A stretch of 64,000 nucleotides of DNA from the human T2T-CHM13v2.0 reference genome, Homo sapiens: the NCBI RefSeq assembly GCF_009914755.1, contig NC_060935.1; one strand, written 5' to 3'. The position numbers and the translations under genes were made by a program. The notes below the pieces were generated by a model. It ran no database searches and had not been told where the DNA came from. It worked only from the letters and a program-made list of their open reading frames with translations. Positions 1-14,226 of this stretch are shown here, piece by piece (the first letter of the stretch is position 1; the number at the start of each line of letters is the position of its first letter).

Positions 1-84
1 AATTCCTGGTAAACTGTAAATCTGTGAAAGACAAAACAATAAAGATCCTAGAACATCTCATAGGAGAACATTCTTATGACTTAA

Positions 85-394
<310 letters not shown>

Positions 395-559
395 AGTACA
401 GGACTTTTTAAATAGAATACAAAACCCCACAAACTAGAAAGGGAAAAATTATCAACTCTACTACCTTAAAATTAGTAATGTCTATTCATCAAGACACCAT
501 GAAGAGAGTGGAAAAGCAAGCCACAGAGGGGAGAAGATATTTACATACAATCCCTAAGA

Positions 560-1035
560 GACTGTGGGGCAGATACTTCCCATGCTCCACCTCACATCCT
601 CTCGGCCACTTTTTCCTCTGCTATGGCTATCGCTCCTGCAAGATGGCATCTTCACCCTGTGCCCCAGGGCTTCTCAGTGGCCCCAGTGTGGGGTTCATGT
701 GGGAATCACTCACACGTGTATGATCTGGAAAAGTGAGGGGCTTAACACCCCACGGGGACCCCTTGGTCAAAAGGGGCCCTGAGCTAGAGGATAAGTGCTC
801 CCTTCTTTCATTCTCAAGTGGATAATTTTGAGGTGCATTTTACATGGCCCCTTAGAAGGAAGGTCTCAGTGAGACTGAGTCCAAGTTTCCCACAACAGTG
901 ACCAGCTCTGGAGAAGCCCCTCTTCGGTTGGTTTCCTCTCATTTCCTTTCCACTGTGATTCCCTAGGACATTCCCAAATAAATGTTCTGCCTGCAAGCCC
1001 TGGCCTCAGGCTCTGTTTTCTGGTGGTAACCCCGG
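560..1035 (+). mobile_element. ERVL solo LTR, LTR16-like; boundaries approximate
   Basis: 3' end cccaaataaa...caagccctggcctcaggctctgttttctgg typical of the LTR16 group. Confidence 0.5.
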
Positions 1036-1254
1036 TTACCCTAGAAATCTAGAATCCCTACAAATCACTAAGAAAAAGATATGCAACTCAATAGAAAAAT
1101 GTCAAGACATGACAGGCTTTACAAAAAAGGAAACCCAAGTGGTCAAGGAACATTTAAAAAGCTGCTTGACTCTGTTAATGGTCAGGAAGATGCTAGTTAA
1201 GCTTACTTCATACTCATCAAAATGGCTAAAATTTTAAAATAATGAAAAGTTTTG

Positions 1255-1785
1255 GTGGGTATATTGTCTACCACTGTGTGACAAATTACCTCAAAACTTG
1301 ATGGCCTAAAACAACAAACATTTATTATCTCACCATTTCCACATGTCAGGAATCGGGGCTTAGCTGAGTGTCTCTGGCTCAGGGTCTCCCAAAAAGCTGT
1401 AATGGAGGTGTGAGCTAGGACTGCAGTCACCCAAGACTTGACTGGGGGGATAACTCACTTGCAAGTTCGCTCAGGTGATTGTGGCAGGTCTCAGGTCCTC
1501 ACTGGTTGTGGTCAGGTGTCCGTTCCTTGCTGGGTAGACCTCCTTCCACTAGCTCACTACAGGGCTTCCCTCGCAGTAAGCAGGTGAGGATGCAAGGGAG
1601 AGTGCCCAAGATAGAGGCCTTTTTGTAACCTCATCTTGAAAGTGACATCCATTACCTTCTGGCACATCCTATGCAGTAGAAGTGAGTTACTATCTCCAGC
1701 CCACACCTAAGAAGAGGAGATTACACAGGGTGTGAACACCAAGAGGTGAGGATCTTTGGGGCCATTTCAGAAGCTGGCTGCCACA
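1255..1785 (-). mobile_element. MaLR LTR, MLT1 family
   Basis: acaaattacctcaaaactt...ctaaaacaacaaacatttattatctcac hallmark; ends gctgccaca. Confidence 0.7.
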
Positions 1786-2538
1786 GTGAGGAGGGACAAC
1801 AACTCATATAGTGATGGTGGGAGCATAAATTAGTACCACTATGTTGGAAAACAATTTGGCATTTTCTACCTCATGTGAAGATATGCTTATCCTCTGACAT
1901 AGCACCTCTACACTTAGCATGCACACCAACAGACATGCATAGAAATATTAATAGCAGCATTATTTGTAATAGCAATATTACAGTAATGCTATTGTAATAG
2001 CAATAACATTATTGGTAAAAGCCCAAATGTCCTTCAACAGTAAAACAGATCAATAATTGTTAGGTAAAACAGATCAATAATTGTTGGATATTCATGCAGT
2101 GGAATACTGTCACGTACAGCAGCAAAAATGAGTGAAACAGTTATATGCGACACAAATAAATATAAAAGATGTTTAATGAAAACAAGTTGGACATAAAGGA
2201 ATTTCTATCTGAGAAAATTATTCTATTCGTAGAAATTTCAGAAAACAAATCAAACTAAGCTACTGTATTTTGTGATGTCTGCTTAGACGGTAACACTGTA
2301 AAGAATAGCAAGTAAGTAGTTACCACAAAAGTCGGTGGAGTGCTTATCCGTTGCAGGAGTGGGAGGGCCTCCTGAGCAGGCACGGGCAGGACCAGGGCTG
2401 CCAGCACCCTGGCACACTTCTATTTCTCGACTGAAGAGTGGTTACGCAGGTGTTTGCCTTCTGATCACTCACTGAGCTGAATATTCTTTTGTGTGTACCT
2501 TCTATAGGTACGTTACATTTGCCATAAAGAAAGGTCTT

Positions 2539-2883
<345 letters not shown>

Positions 2884-3914
2884 CTAGTCACGCACAAAAG
2901 AAGGCCGAGGGCCTGGCAGAATAAGCACTTGGCAACTGTCAGCCTGTTTTCAGGGCTCCTTCAGGTGAGAAATCCAGGCACATTCATGTCTGCCTCACCC
3001 CTTCGCCATGCCAGGCCCTGGAAGGAAAAGAAAGCAGTAGAGTCCATAAGCCTTGCCATTTCCAACATGGTTTGGTCTGGAGAGAGGCCTCTCCTTCTGG
3101 GAGAGGACCCAGTCTTCTCCCTCAGTCATGGTGGGAGGCAGGGAGTGTGAAGGGGGTGTTGGCTGAGCAGACCTGGGGTCGGGAGTCAGGGATAGGAAGC
3201 CCTTTGGAGCAGTCACTGGAGCTCAGCTCTTGGAGACAAACTGCCTGCTCCATGTGGCTTTAGTGAGAAGACAAAAAAACCCTCTCTAAGTGCCCCCCAA
3301 CCCCCACCCCTAGAACTTCAATGAAAAGGTCAAGGGAATTTTCCTCTCCTTTAAATGGAATGAATCTTTCTTGGGCCCAAAAAGAATTATTCATCAGGTG
3401 TTCATGGCACTCCGTGTGCTTTTACAGGGCCTGGCCGTGCTCTGAGGCACAACAGACAACTTTTTTCCTGAAAGCTCAGTTTATAGGCCAACTTCAAAGC
3501 TCGGGTTCTCAGAGCAGGGCACGAGGCTCCAGTTTGAGGACTCACATCAAAGGGAGGCACATAGGTTGATCTGCTGTCGGGTGGACAGCCGCAGGGCTGC
3601 AGGGGCGGCCTCCGAGGACTTGGCTGTCCTCTGCTCCTAGAGAGCTCGCGGGGGGTAGCCTGGCATGGCCCAGCCTTGCAAACTCCAACTTCAAAAGCCC
3701 CAGACCATCACTCTACCTACGGCAGGTGACTGTCTGAAATGGAAGGCAGAGGGTGGAGGGCAGAAGACAGGGGTCAGGGGATAGTAGATGCCCCCAAACC
3801 TGTTTATGCTGCCCAGTCAGGAAAGGAGACAGGCTTTAAATGTGGAAGAACCATGTGGAGCCCTGCTGTCCCGAAGGGCAAAACCAGCCCAGTGAATGCT
3901 TCTTGAGTGCTCCC

Positions 3915-4800
3915 AAGCCAGGGACTGTGTGAGGACTACCTCCTTTAGTCCTCACAATGAACCCTGGAAGGTAGGTCCTATTATGTTCATTTTTCAGAAG
4001 AGGAAACTGAAGCTTACGAAGTCCAGTGGTTTGCATACCTCAGTAGAGCTGTTGTGAAAATTAAATGAGTTAGTCCACAGAAAATGCTAAGAACAGTTCT
4101 CAGCACCATGGGAAGGATCAGAAAAAATATACATATTGGTTATCATTTACCTGCATTTAAATTAGTCACAGAATTAATAAGGGTAGATTGGAATTCCACA
4201 GTACCTGCTCTTATCTACTACTCAAGGGACTTAAGAGAGTGAGAGATGCTCTCTGGGGGCTACAGTATAAAACATGTAACAGAGCTGAGCAGAGATAGGC
4301 AAAGTCATCCCAAAAAGAGAGAGGGCTCCCTGGCCAACAGGCCTCAACTTCATTCATTTATCCATTCATTGAACAAATTATTTCTTAGCGCTCTCTTTGT
4401 GGCCGACATTGTTCTGGGCAGAAGGGATAATACAGTGAACAAGACAGTGTCCTTGCTTTCATGAAGCTTGTGTTCTTGTGAGGGAAGCAGTCAGTAAACT
4501 AGCAAACAAATAATTAAAGAACAAGAGTGTGATGCATATTAAATGACTGTAACTTAAATGCTGGTAAATAACTAATATGTATATTTTTTCTGATGCTTCC
4601 CATAGGGGCAAGAACTGATCTTAGCATTTTCTATGGACTAACTCATTTAATTCTCACAACAGTTCTACTGAGGTAGGTAAAAATATCCTTATTTTCCAGG
4701 TAAGGACATGGAGGCATGGAGAGGGGAAGTAACTTGCCCAAGTCACAGGGCTGGCAACCCGGATTTGATTCCAGACAGCCTGGCTCAGTGCGTGTCACTT
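3915..4800. mobile_element. MIR / L2 / MIR fragments
   Basis: MIR core (gaggaaactgaagctt; aacttgcccaagtcaca) and L2 3' end (cattcatttatccattcattgaacaaa). Confidence 0.6.
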
Positions 4801-5699
4801 CTGCACTAGGCTGTCTCCCTCCCATGGTGTCAACCTGTGGATGAGGGGCTGGCCAGTCATAGCCACATAGAAAAGAGCCACCTGAAGGGCAGTGCCATCT
4901 TCCTTTGTTCCAAAGAGGAAGCCCCGGTTCAGGAACATGAGCATCAGGTCTGCAGGACATAGTCTCCTGTCGTGGAGATAGTACCTCAGGTTGGTATAGC
5001 TCAGTAACACCAGGACTCTCCAAGACTGCCCTGGTCCTGAGACTTCCGTGTCTAAAGAAGACACGCATCCCAACCCCAGGTGGGGCTGGGGGTGGTAGTA
5101 GTAGTATCAGTGAATACCAGTAGCCAATCTGCCTGGCAGTTCGGTTCCCATCCAATTTTCTCCATCTGTCTCCCAAGTCTGGTCAGTGTGACTGTAGCCC
5201 TGAGAGACAGCCCCACTCTTAATGCTGACAAATCTGGTTTCTGAGTCCTAAAGCCGAAAGACCTGTGGCTAGGTCAAGTGTGCCTAAGTAACACCTCTCC
5301 AACGTGCCCCAGGCCATGCTCACTGTCAGATCGCAGCCACAGAGGGGGTTTCCATTCATCACACAGTAGGCACTGACACAGGCACTTTCCCAAACCTAAG
5401 TTTCTCTTCGGGCTGTCTGTGACATCATCGATTTCACCAGAGATTATTCTTTTTCAAAGGACCCAGAATCCAACTCTATAGGACCATCATCCCTTTCTCC
5501 ACCAAAATCTTCCCATAAGTCCCCAGGAAGCTCTTCTCTCTCTCTTTTTTTCCTCCAAAGTAACAGCAGCCATTGTAGTGGTTAAAAGCTCCCTGGAGTC
5601 AGAGGGATACAAGCTCAAGTTTCAACTCAGTTAATTCCTAGTCATGGGACCACTGTGCCTCAGTTTTCTCATCTATAATACAGGAATCATAATATCTAG

Positions 5700-6095
5700 A
5701 GTATGGGAAGTCTAGACTATACTATGGTAGAAAATAAACCCTAAAGTCCCAGGGGATGAATATATCAAAATTTATTTCTCACCCATGCAAAGTTAGGTGT
5801 GGATCTTGGGGCCTCTCCCAGGTAGTTCCCTTCCAAAGTGGAGAGTTAGGGCAAGTCAGTTTGCGTCTTGCGGTTCCACTCTCTGAAATATGTGGCTTCT
5901 AGGTGGCCACTGCAGAGCAAGAGAAAGCTAGAGACAGTGCACTGGTTCTTAAATGCTTCAGCCCAGATGTGACACATCTCATTCAACTTGTGGTCCACTG
6001 TCCAGAGCTGGACATATGGCCTTCCTTGAGTCTAAAGTGGCAGCATGATGGGGAGGAACACATGGTTATGTTTGTAGTTACTGTATCTGCCACAG
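5700..6095 (-). mobile_element. Old MLT1-like LTR fragment, preceded by MIR at ~5570-5700
   Basis: tttatttctcacccatgc...ttaaatgcttcagcccagatgtgacacatc...tctgccaca. Confidence 0.5.
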
Positions 6096-9000
6096 AGAGT
6101 AACACAAGGTGCTTGATACATAAGCAGCAATAAAGGTAACCAGAATTATTACTATCCAAAATAACCACCTGAAAAATGATTCCGACTTGAGGTTAGTGGA
6201 GCTTCAGGTATGGGCTAGATTCATCAGTGGTGGGCAAGTTCCTGGGAGGTGGAAGAGGTGCTGGAGTGTAACCACGATTGTCACTCCCACACTCTCCACC
6301 CTCCCCCCAACCCAGTGCCAAGCTCAGCATGTCCATTATACGCTCACACGTGTTCAATCTATCAGAACCTTCCCTGGGTTTCTGCCTTGTTGCCCCAGGG
6401 CCAGCTCTCCTAGAATAGTGAGAAGTGGGTAAGTGGGAGGCAGAGGTAGACACCACAGCCCACCTGGTCCCTCCAACCTCACCTTCCCGAGCAGTCAGCA
6501 TCTGTGATAAGCTGGGCACTGAGCAAAAGAAAGCCTTGGAGAAGCCCACAGGCTGGCTACCAAAACAAGGTGTATGGGAGCAGATACTGCCTTGCAGAAG
6601 TTCTCTTGTTGGTAAGGGTCATGGAAACCATTGCACCTTGTGAGGCTTGTGCTCTAAGCAATTGCCAGTTTACAAGGAGACTATCACCTTTTGGTGAGCA
6701 AGTTTTCCTCTAAATTAGTTAATGCTTGAGACCTTAAATTATAAGCATGAGTGGCCATTATTGGGACCTGCTGATGCCCAGGGCACACTTTGGCCCAAGT
6801 AGTAAGCAAGACTAGCATATCCCCAGTGGCAGAGCCAGCCTGTTCCAGGCTTCATGGCCAGTAGGTATCAAGTAGCTGCAAGTGGAAGAACTTAAACTTG
6901 AGAGGACAGTTGTGAGTTCACGTGAGGAAAGTCTGGGGGCTCCTGGGAATGACCAGGTGAGACAACAGCAGAAGACTCCTGTGGTGAGCAGCAGGAGGCA
7001 GAGGCCATGAAATCTGAGTTACTACTGTCACTGGGAACTTATTTTGCCTAACAGCTAGTGTGGCCCCAAGAAACACAGGTAACAGCAGAACGTCCTGAAA
7101 GTGACAGCCAAGAAAATGGATTTCAGAGCATACATGGAACACCTCTGGGGGCTCCCAGAACAAGGTAAGAGGACTCTGGGGGTGGGGGGGGGTGCTGATG
7201 TTCCCACAGTTGTGGGCAGAGAGGGACCCAGAGAACTACCGCTTTTCACTGTGATTCTGACCCTATTGTGCTCCTCCGGGCCACTGTCTTCGAAGCTGGA
7301 GATTTGGCAAAGACCCTGAAAGGACTTCGCTGGGATGTCCAAGCCCTGGGTTCTCTTGGTGCAGGACCTGACTTTCCAGCTCCTCCTAGGGATGATTCTG
7401 CCTCTGAACCCGAATTCTGGGTCTAGGAAGGAGGTGCTTTCCAGGCCCAAGAGGCCTCAAGGGGCAAAAGAGACTCAGACTAGCATGAGCCAGGAGCTCA
7501 GTCAAAAGGAGCTGAGCACCCTCAGTGCCCCAAAGAGAGCCTCCTTCCATGTGGGGAGAGTGAGACTTGGTGGACAGTTCCAGGGTCCTGGGCCAGGATG
7601 GCGAAAGGAACTGCTGTCATGGCCCACACAACCAGCAACACATCCAAATCCAAAGATATTAAATCAGTTAAGGATTGAGATGTAGCTCAGGGCTCAGTGG
7701 GAAAGCATCTGCAACTCATCAGTGAGGTCCACCCGAGGGCTGGAGGATGTAGGTGACTGCAGACAATTACAGCAGCTTCCTATCTGACTGCGAGCTCAGC
7801 CAAGGGACTCAGCCTCCCGCGTTCCTTCCCAGCTCTAGGGCCAAGTGTGAGAGAAAGTAAACAGCAAGGAGACCCTTATGCATGAGGACAAAACCCTCTT
7901 CCTTTGGAGGAGCCCTCAGCAAGTGCTTCCTGGCTCTCTCAGTTCAAGTCTTCAAGTTAAGCTGTGAAGCCTCTTCCCTGTCGCTAAGCAGTTGCCCTTG
8001 TGCTCAGAGAGGTCCCTTTTAGGGTCTGCATGAGCTGCTCCAGAGCATGGGGCTGAGCCTTTCTTCCCAAAACCCAGACCTTCCTGGGCTGGTCGACACC
8101 CTCCCCTGCAGGTCCGCTCCCTTCCTCACCCTGCTCCAACCTCATCTGCATTTAACATCCCTTGTTGGGCTGTGGCAGAGAATACTCAACAGACTCATAT
8201 TAAAAATGCCCTTTAAAATTCAAAAGCTTTGAACTAAAGAAATACCTTGAGAAGTTTTCATGGAAAGTTCAGCTCCACTGGTTCAATTCACTACACTTAG
8301 ATGCACCTTTTCAAATAATAGGGAAAAAATGTAACAGGGTCAGACCCAATCAATACGCTTGTTCAAACAGAATTGCAGGGACTGTGATGTGCGCACATTT
8401 TGTACTCTGCCTTTGTACCCCGCCACTCGCTCTGAAGAAAGGTTTCTTTGCTAGGAGAGCAATGAAAGTGGTAGCCTTTTGAGCGGAGGTGGCAAAGCCA
8501 TGGCGTGTTTACTGGGCCGGGAGGGGCTCTGCCACTTTTCATGTCTTCCCCAGTCAGGTCTCTTTGTTCTTTTCATAACAGTGCACAACCCACATGGGCA
8601 AAGTCCCTTGCACACCCCAGCGTCTGATGCTGAGTCGGAAGCAGAGGGCTCCCAGCATTTGTCCGCCACATCTCAGAAATGTGATATGGGGATTATACAA
8701 ATAATTTGATTCTTCTTTCCCACCCTTGGTAAGAACACAAAAGGACTTGCCAGGGAGTCCTCCGCTGTCCTTGTGGGAAATTCCCAAAGCCCAAAATGGG
8801 CTCCTGTCTGGCTGAGCCTGAGCCAGGTTCTGCTCCACCCCACCCCCATCCCTTCAGGTCCCTGGAATGAAACTGTGGGCAGAGAGATGATTCCCTGGCC
8901 ATGCCCTGCAACCTAAAATAACCAGGAAAATTCTAGAGAACCCAGCTGACCTGAAGGCAGCCCAGGGGTTAGAGAGAGAGGGAGGGGCTAGCTGCAGCTT

Positions 9001-9784
9001 ACACTCCCACAGACACCAAGGCAGGCAGGAAAGTGAATGATGGAGAAAACAAAATGCTTGTTTTCATCGTCTACACTAGTCTGGGCATGTCTACTTCATA
9101 TGGACTCACAAATCCTACATATGATTGTAATCATCTGAACGACGTTCTGAACATGTTGAGAATCTTGGCAGTTCAGGAGGTTCAAGAAGGCATTAGGAAA
9201 AGATGTTATTCCTAACCCGTTTCATACTAGATCCTAAAATGTTCTTGTTCGTTCTTGCTAAAACTAGATATCCGGGGCTCAACCTGGACCTGCGTTAAAG
9301 TCAGAATTGAGGAGTGGACACCAGCAAACGGATGTAGAAGTGTGCTCACATCCCCTTCGTCAACTGCAATCTCGTTTAAGGCCCTGGGGTCTCCTGGAAG
9401 GGAAGTTGGAATCACGGGGCCACATGGCATTCCCTGGAGTCCTCCCCACCCTGTAGTGTCACCAGCCAGCCAGCACCATCACAGGTGGCCCCATCTTACC
9501 TCAGGTAATGAGAGTGCTCTCAAGGCTGGGCCACGTCACCTGCCTACGCAGGATGGAGCTGGAGTGTGCCTTTTCTGACCATGGTAGTCTCCGTCGACTC
9601 CGAGTTGAGGGCCTGTCACACAGTCACTCACTCACTCTGTAGATTGAAATCTGGGCCTCAATTCCTATAGAACAGGCTACCCCTCCTCCCTGACGGCACA
9701 ATCTAAAAAGAGCAGCAAGGTAGTGGGTTCCACATTCCCTCTTACACAGGATTGCATGTGTGAGACAGAAAGTGAGACCAACAG

Positions 9785-9822
9785 TAAATAAATAAATACA
9801 TAAATAAATAAATAAAAAATAA
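9785..9822 (+). repeat. (TAAA)n simple repeat
   Basis: Direct reading. Confidence 0.85.
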
Positions 9823-10683
9823 ACCCACTGGCATGTTTTCACTGAGAAAATGTCTGCAGATGGCCACCCTGTGGGGTGGGTATTATCCCCTGTGTGGTTT
9901 CTTTTTTGGTTTGAGGGGCTTTGTACTCAGTTATGAAATCATTCTCACCACCACCACCACCCCCCTTCATCTGTTATGGTGACATCTCCAAGTAATGTTT
10001 AAAACCAAAGAGTACATTTTATTTTAAAATTAAAGAGTTCAGTAGCTAAAAAAGCAGCAGTACCCCCTGTTCGGAATGCCTTGGAATCTACTTTCCCCAG
10101 TTTAAATAGTTGGAAAGTCACCATGAACCTCGGATGCTCTTCTTGGCAGTAGAGAAAAACTGCCGTAACCACAGCTCAGAAATATACACACCCCTCAATG
10201 GAACTGGCTTCTTGCCTTCTGTTGTGAGCATACATCACAAGTCAAAATGAATTAAATACAAATCCAGTTTGCAATGGTCCGTCACTAAGCTGCCTCCCAG
10301 GAGCGAGCCGGCAGCATGTGGGTTGGAAGGGGGCCCACAGCGTTCCCTGCGCTGTCTTGAATTGGACTGCAGTCTGTCTGACAAACCAGCCCCACAAGGG
10401 AGTCCACAGCCTGGTGGCTCTTTGACTGGGATGGGGTAGGGGGTTGCCTTGAGCAACTGTGGAAGCCTAGCCAGGGGCCCAGAAGCACAGGCCTCCTCAA
10501 TCCAGGCCTCTACAGTCAATCAAATGTCAAGGAATCGTCACCAGAAGAAACTTTTCATAGGTAAATAGAAGCAGGGCCGAGAGCTGACAGTGGGGATTTT
10601 CCAAAGAAATGGAAACAAACGTACACAGGCCACTCACCAGAGACTATAGCCAGCAAGAAACAGGAAACGTATCAGGTTAATAT

Positions 10684-10689
10684 TTTAAT
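10684..10689 (-). terminator. Poly(A) signal ATTAAA, long isoform
   Basis: Minus strand reads TGTACAG-ATTAAA...CCTGATACGTTTCCTGTTTCTTG (UGUA upstream, GU/U-rich downstream element); other AATAAA at 11285-11290, 10798-10803, 10018-10023. Confidence 0.65.
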
Positions 10690-11362
10690 CTGTACATCAC
10701 ATTTTTTTTGCAAACCATTACATTTTTAAATTAACTTTTTCTTGCAAAATATTCATTTCATTTTTTCCAAGAAAATCTTATAAAGGCAAAAATAAAATTT
10801 TATTTTGGCAAATGTCATGAAGTCGATACTGGCAGCATATGGAGTTAGTTAAAAATAGACAACAACTGCTAAATATATTCAAAATTCTATTTTTTTTTCT
10901 GAGCATAGTCAAAGAGAAATTTTCATTTAAAGTGTGGCTCCACCCAATGGAGGTTTTCGTTGTTGTTGTTTTTTCCATTTAAACGTCATTGTTTATATGC
11001 AGAATAATATAAGAAAACAACTTAAATAAAGGGCCACAAACACTGCACCTGGCTTGGTAGCCCCCCTCCTCATGTGGGGCTGGAAGTCAAATCAAAGTCC
11101 TGCCATTATGGCCCTGCTGGCGGCAGGCCATGAGGGATGGTGGGGGCACACTGCTGCCCTCCTGCCACCAGACCTGAGTCCCAGGGAAGCCAATCCGGGG
11201 TTCTCCAAGGGCAGGCAGCAAAGGTTCCCATCATGGCCTGGTTAGAGGGAAGGGATTTCTAGGTAGATGTCACCCAGTGTGGAGTTTATTGCTACGATAC
11301 AATGAAAGTTGCTTCCTCTCACCTTTTCTGTATTTCAATGTGTACTGTTAAAAATGAAAGCA

Positions 11363-11658
<296 letters not shown>

Positions 11659-12372
11659 GATAGCAAACTGCTTTCTTCTTTCTGACAAGAGCCTTTTGCT
11701 GGAGGAAGCCTGGGGGCAGGTTGTGGGCCCCAGTCCTCTTGAACACACTGTTGCCCCTAAGCCAAACCCAAGGGGCAAGGCACAGACTTGGGCTCCACGT
11801 GTGATCCTCGTGGAGTTTCACACAGAGCTGGTCATCAGGTCAGGGACAGCTGATCTCTGCAGCCAAGGGCCCCTCTTCTCCCAGACAGCACGCCAACCAG
11901 CCTCTTGCTGGAGTCTACTGGGAACACCTCTTCAAATCTCACTTTCTCCTGAGGTCATTGGAAGTTGGACTAGCCTCGGCTTGCCCCGCCCTTCCTGCCC
12001 CCACAACACCTGTCACCCAGAAGTACCTGAATCTGTACGTGCAGCTGCAAAGTCCTGCATCCTCAACCTTCCTGCCACTCAGCCCTTGAGGGGAACATTA
12101 GAAAATAGATTCCGATTCTAAAATACAGTGTATTTTACAGTGTATATCAAAAGTGCCTTTGCCATTCATATGTAGAGAGGAGTCTGAGCTAAACTAGTGG
12201 GTGCATATTAGGGCCTGGCCTGTGGTGAACACCCGCAGTCGGTAAGCTGCTCCTTCCTCCGGCCGGATTCCCTGCTCAGCTGGAAGGGGTTTCCTTGGGG
12301 GCAGAAAGGTCATCTCCTTGGAGGAAGCTGGTTCCACTGGGCCCCTGGCTCCAGGCTTCTTTGCATGCTGGG

Positions 12373-12395
12373 TCACGGGTCAGTCACTGCCTGGG
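12373..12395 (-). CDS. PLEKHA7: PLEKHA7 long-isoform last coding segment (A)QAVTDP*
   Basis: tgctttttgccAG|CC CAG GCA GTG ACT GAC CCG TGA; phase 1 fits; exon sum gives 150 aa more than the short form. Confidence 0.85.
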
Positions 12396-13219
12396 CTGGC
12401 AAAAAGCACAGGAGACAGTGAGAGGCTGGCATCCAGGGAGCAGGCACGTCTGCACACACATGATGGAATGGCAGATAGGCGGACAGGCAGAGCAGCAGAG
12501 CAGGGGGCTCTGGCAATGCGGCCGCTGCTGGGGGACCCTCAGCTTCCAGGACACATGGGGCTCTTGCCCCACCCTCCCTGCACCCCTATTCCACTGCTAG
12601 ACACATGCTGGCCCCTAAATTGGGTCCCCATCCCGACAGGGCAAAGACTCTAATAAAGGTGCAGTCTGGCCCTGCCCTTCATTCTTTCAATGTGGGTAGC
12701 GCTCTTGGCCTCTGTGGGCCTTGTTTTTCTAACCTAAAAAACATGGTGGTCATACCCACTTCTTAACAAGGATGCTTTGAGAGTAAGAAGAAATGCAGTA
12801 CTCCAAAGAGTATAATAGGCCAATCTTACAGCCATGGGGGCACCAAAACCCAGGAGGAACAGAACCTCTCTCCTGCCTCTCTGTGACTGAGCGCTGTTAC
12901 TGTGCTCAGATCTCTAGGAGAAAGCCACACCCTCAAATGTGGCCTTCACAATGGGCGTGGCTAGAGCACTTCCCTATGGCTCCTCAACCACGGGGCCTCT
13001 ACTCCACACCTCCTCAGAGCCTGGCCCAAGGAGGCTGACCTCTTCCTCTCATGCTCAGGCTGGCGGGGACCTGCTGACTCTGCTGTGAGGCACGGGGAGC
13101 ACCCAGGATAGACACCTGCCAAAAAATCATGCTTCGCTCCCTGCAGCACAAATACTCTCTCCCTCCTTTCACTTCTTTCTCCAAACACCTAGAGCTGCTC
13201 GGGGCGGCCCAGATGAACC

Positions 13220-13450
13220 CATGAGTGGTGATGGGGAACAAAGGCTCTGAACTCACATCAAAGGGGTTCAAACCCCAGCACTTAACAAGCTGCGATTCCT
13301 TGCGCATATCCCTCAAGGCCTCTGAGCTTTTGTTTTTTCATCTCTAAAACGGGGAGGGGGGGGGAATATCTTCATAGGGTTGTTGTGTGGATCGAAAGAG
13401 ATACTTAGCACAATGCCTGGCACACAGCAGGCACTCAACAATGTTAACCA
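13220..13450. mobile_element. MIR
   Basis: ggttcaaaccccagcactt...ttcatctctaaaacggg...cttagcacaatgcctggcacacag. Confidence 0.7.
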
Positions 13451-14210
13451 CAAGTATACGTAAAGGAAGGAGAGGGGAAAGCCCTGCAAAATGATAGTGG
13501 GATGGGATGTCAGGGTAAGGACTGCCCAGACTGGTAGTCTGACCTTCCCCTGTCCAGGTGAACCGCTGGGCTCAAAAGCAACAGGCCCAGGCCAAGAACT
13601 CACTTGAGACTGGACCAGATGCCAGCCTCCTGTTTCAGGGCTCCCTCCTCATCCCACACTGCCTCTCATCACTAGATGCCCACATGGGGAGAACTTGGTA
13701 GGGTTGGTGCCAGAGCTTTCTGCCTGGCTGAGGGCCAATTTCACATTGCCCTGGGCTTCCCTTTCTCTCCCTCTTAAAGTGCCCAGTGACCAAAAGGGCA
13801 GTCCCAGTCTCTGCGCTGACACCAATTCTTTGTGACCTGGAGTGAGCCCCAGCCCCTCACTGGGCCTCAGTTTCCTCATCTGTAGAACTGGACTTTTCCC
13901 AATCTTACAGTTCTTCAATTTCTTTGGCCAAAGCCCTGAAAGGCCAAGATCTAACTCTTCCTTTCCAGCCCCCCAAGGCTGGCAGTGTGGTCTGCACTGG
14001 TTCTCGGGCATCAGGGTGCCCTACTGAGGAGAGCAGGGGATGGGGGCACAGTTCTGGTTCTAGAGATTTCATGGAGGCAGCAGGGTGGATTGCTCAGTCC
14101 CTATCGTATTAGAGCCACTGAGGATTGAGTTCCTAAAAAGCATCACTTTCCCACCTGCCTACCAGTCAGAACAGTCCCGCCAGCGGCCGCTTTGCCAGTG
14201 GAAGGAGGCA

Positions 14211-14226
14211 TCAGCAGGTGGCACTG
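14211..14226 (+). promoter_or_regulatory. CTCF-like motif TCAGCAGGTGGCACTG
   Basis: Good match to CTCF core, first position mismatched. Confidence 0.45.

Noticed and set aside
2040-2085. Perfect 22-bp tandem duplication gtaaaacagatcaataattgtt; similar short direct repeats at ~25397-25452 and ~32921-32968
   Set aside because: Two-copy slippage duplications in or near decayed L1/AT-rich DNA; no spacer structure.
7672-7712. tRNA-like 5' fragment (gatgtagctcag...)
   Set aside because: No T-loop/B-box or acceptor stem; too short to call.
9785-9822. Multiple + strand AATAAA as a terminator for a convergent transcript
   Set aside because: Simple (TAAA)n repeat; no + strand exon structure seen upstream in the window.
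12307-12375. Stop-codon readthrough of the long isoform (TGA-C, ~20 open codons)
   Set aside because: Context is TGA CCC, not the established TGA CTAG motif; extension unremarkable.
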